A stretch of DNA of 64,000 nt from Octopus sinensis (taxonomy: Eukaryota). Position 1 is the stretch's first letter, and every line of letters starts with the position of its first letter. The position numbers and the translations under genes were made by a program. Positions 63,123 through 64,000 of this stretch are shown piece after piece. The notes under the pieces were generated by a model that searched no databases, was not told where the DNA came from, and saw only the letters and a program-made list of their open reading frames with translations. The stretch lies in assembly GCF_006345805.1 (NCBI RefSeq), contig NC_043009.1, positions 25,482,001 to 25,546,000 on the forward strand, given 5' to 3'.

Positions 63123-63400
63123 TATATTTTCTAGAGTGGAAGGCAAGGACTGATTTGCTTTGTGCTACAAAACCACAACAACAGGAAGGTTTCCATTTAG
63201 AGGAGCAACGTTTTGTCAGCTTGTCTTTATGCCTGCACGAAGTTGGTCCTGATCTTGGAGTCAACTTAGCTCAAATATTTGAACTGAGGAGAAGCAGGAC
63301 TGACATCAGGTCATGCATTCTGATGCTTTGTTTATATATATATCATCATCATATATATCATGTATATATATATATATTATATATATATATATTATATATA

Positions 63401-63438
<38 letters not shown>

Positions 63439-63775
63439 TATATACATTGTAGGAAGTTAAAATGTTATGGCCAATCATTGAGTGAGTTAGTTTGTACTTC
63501 TTCTTCCAGTTGTAGAGAGGCTGTGTGCCTTCAGCCATTTGAGTCTGACAAGTCGCCTATACATCGCTTGACAACCAGTGCTGGTGTGTTTACATCCCCG
63601 TAACTTAGCGGTTTGGCAAGAGAGACTGATAGAATAAGTACTAAGCTCACAAAGAATAAGTCCTGGGGACGATTTGCTCGACTAAATGCAGTGCTCTAGC
63701 ACGGCTGCAATCAAATGACTGAAACAAATAAAAGAATAAAAGAATAAAAGAAAAGAAAAGAATAATGATAATAAC

Positions 63776-64000
63776 CTTCGCTGGATATTTTCTTCTTGTG
63801 AAAGAGAGTGGTCATTCTGTACCAGAAATGTTCATTGAGTTTGGAATCAAAACAGTATTCAAATCCAAGGCAATTAATGCTGTTTTTGACAAAGCTAAAC
63901 GTATCGTTGATAATACTAATGCATACATTTAACAGAATGATAGACACGAGCAAGGCGTAGACGAAGAAAATCATGTTCGACATGATGTTATCTAATCCGA
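63776..64000 (-). CDS. Polycystin-family (PKD1L/TRPP-like) cation channel, last TM helix and proximal C-tail exon, 5'-partial
   Basis: GLDNIMSNMIFFVYALLVSIILLNVCISIINDTFSFVK matches the TRPP S6 signature (F...LLN.FI.IIND.Y..VK); frame open to the window end; g|gttatt donor phase 1. Confidence 0.8.

Overview
AT-rich, microsatellite- and SINE-dense eukaryotic DNA. The repeat landscape looks like an octopus/cephalopod genome (inference). Plus strand: 16 phase-consistent coding exons of PWP2/UTP1 (3127-35079, about 884 codons). Its first roughly 45 codons lie upstream of the window. Minus strand, converging tail-to-tail on PWP2: a DTHD1-like (ZU5/UPA-death domain) gene with two tandem death domains. 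Its middle and 5' exon structure is only partly resolved, and one exon contains an in-frame TAA. At the right edge is an exon of a polycystin (PKD1L/TRPP-type) channel that is phase-compatible with downstream exons leading toward the DTHD1-like gene. Introns hold dead mariner/Tc1 elements, MITEs, a Helentron-like element, LINE and Penelope (GIY-YIG) remnants and several tRNA-derived SINE families. The most striking hidden layer is a set of hammerhead ribozyme (HHR) motifs from at least four different small-element families. These include an extended HHR in a 297-bp retrozyme-like unit in a PWP2 intron, a tRNA-headed element ending in an HHR, and an inverted pair of HHRs with an enlarged stem II. 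There is also a 15-bp pentapeptide array open on both strands. All family assignments are from manual translation and remembered motifs; no database search was run.
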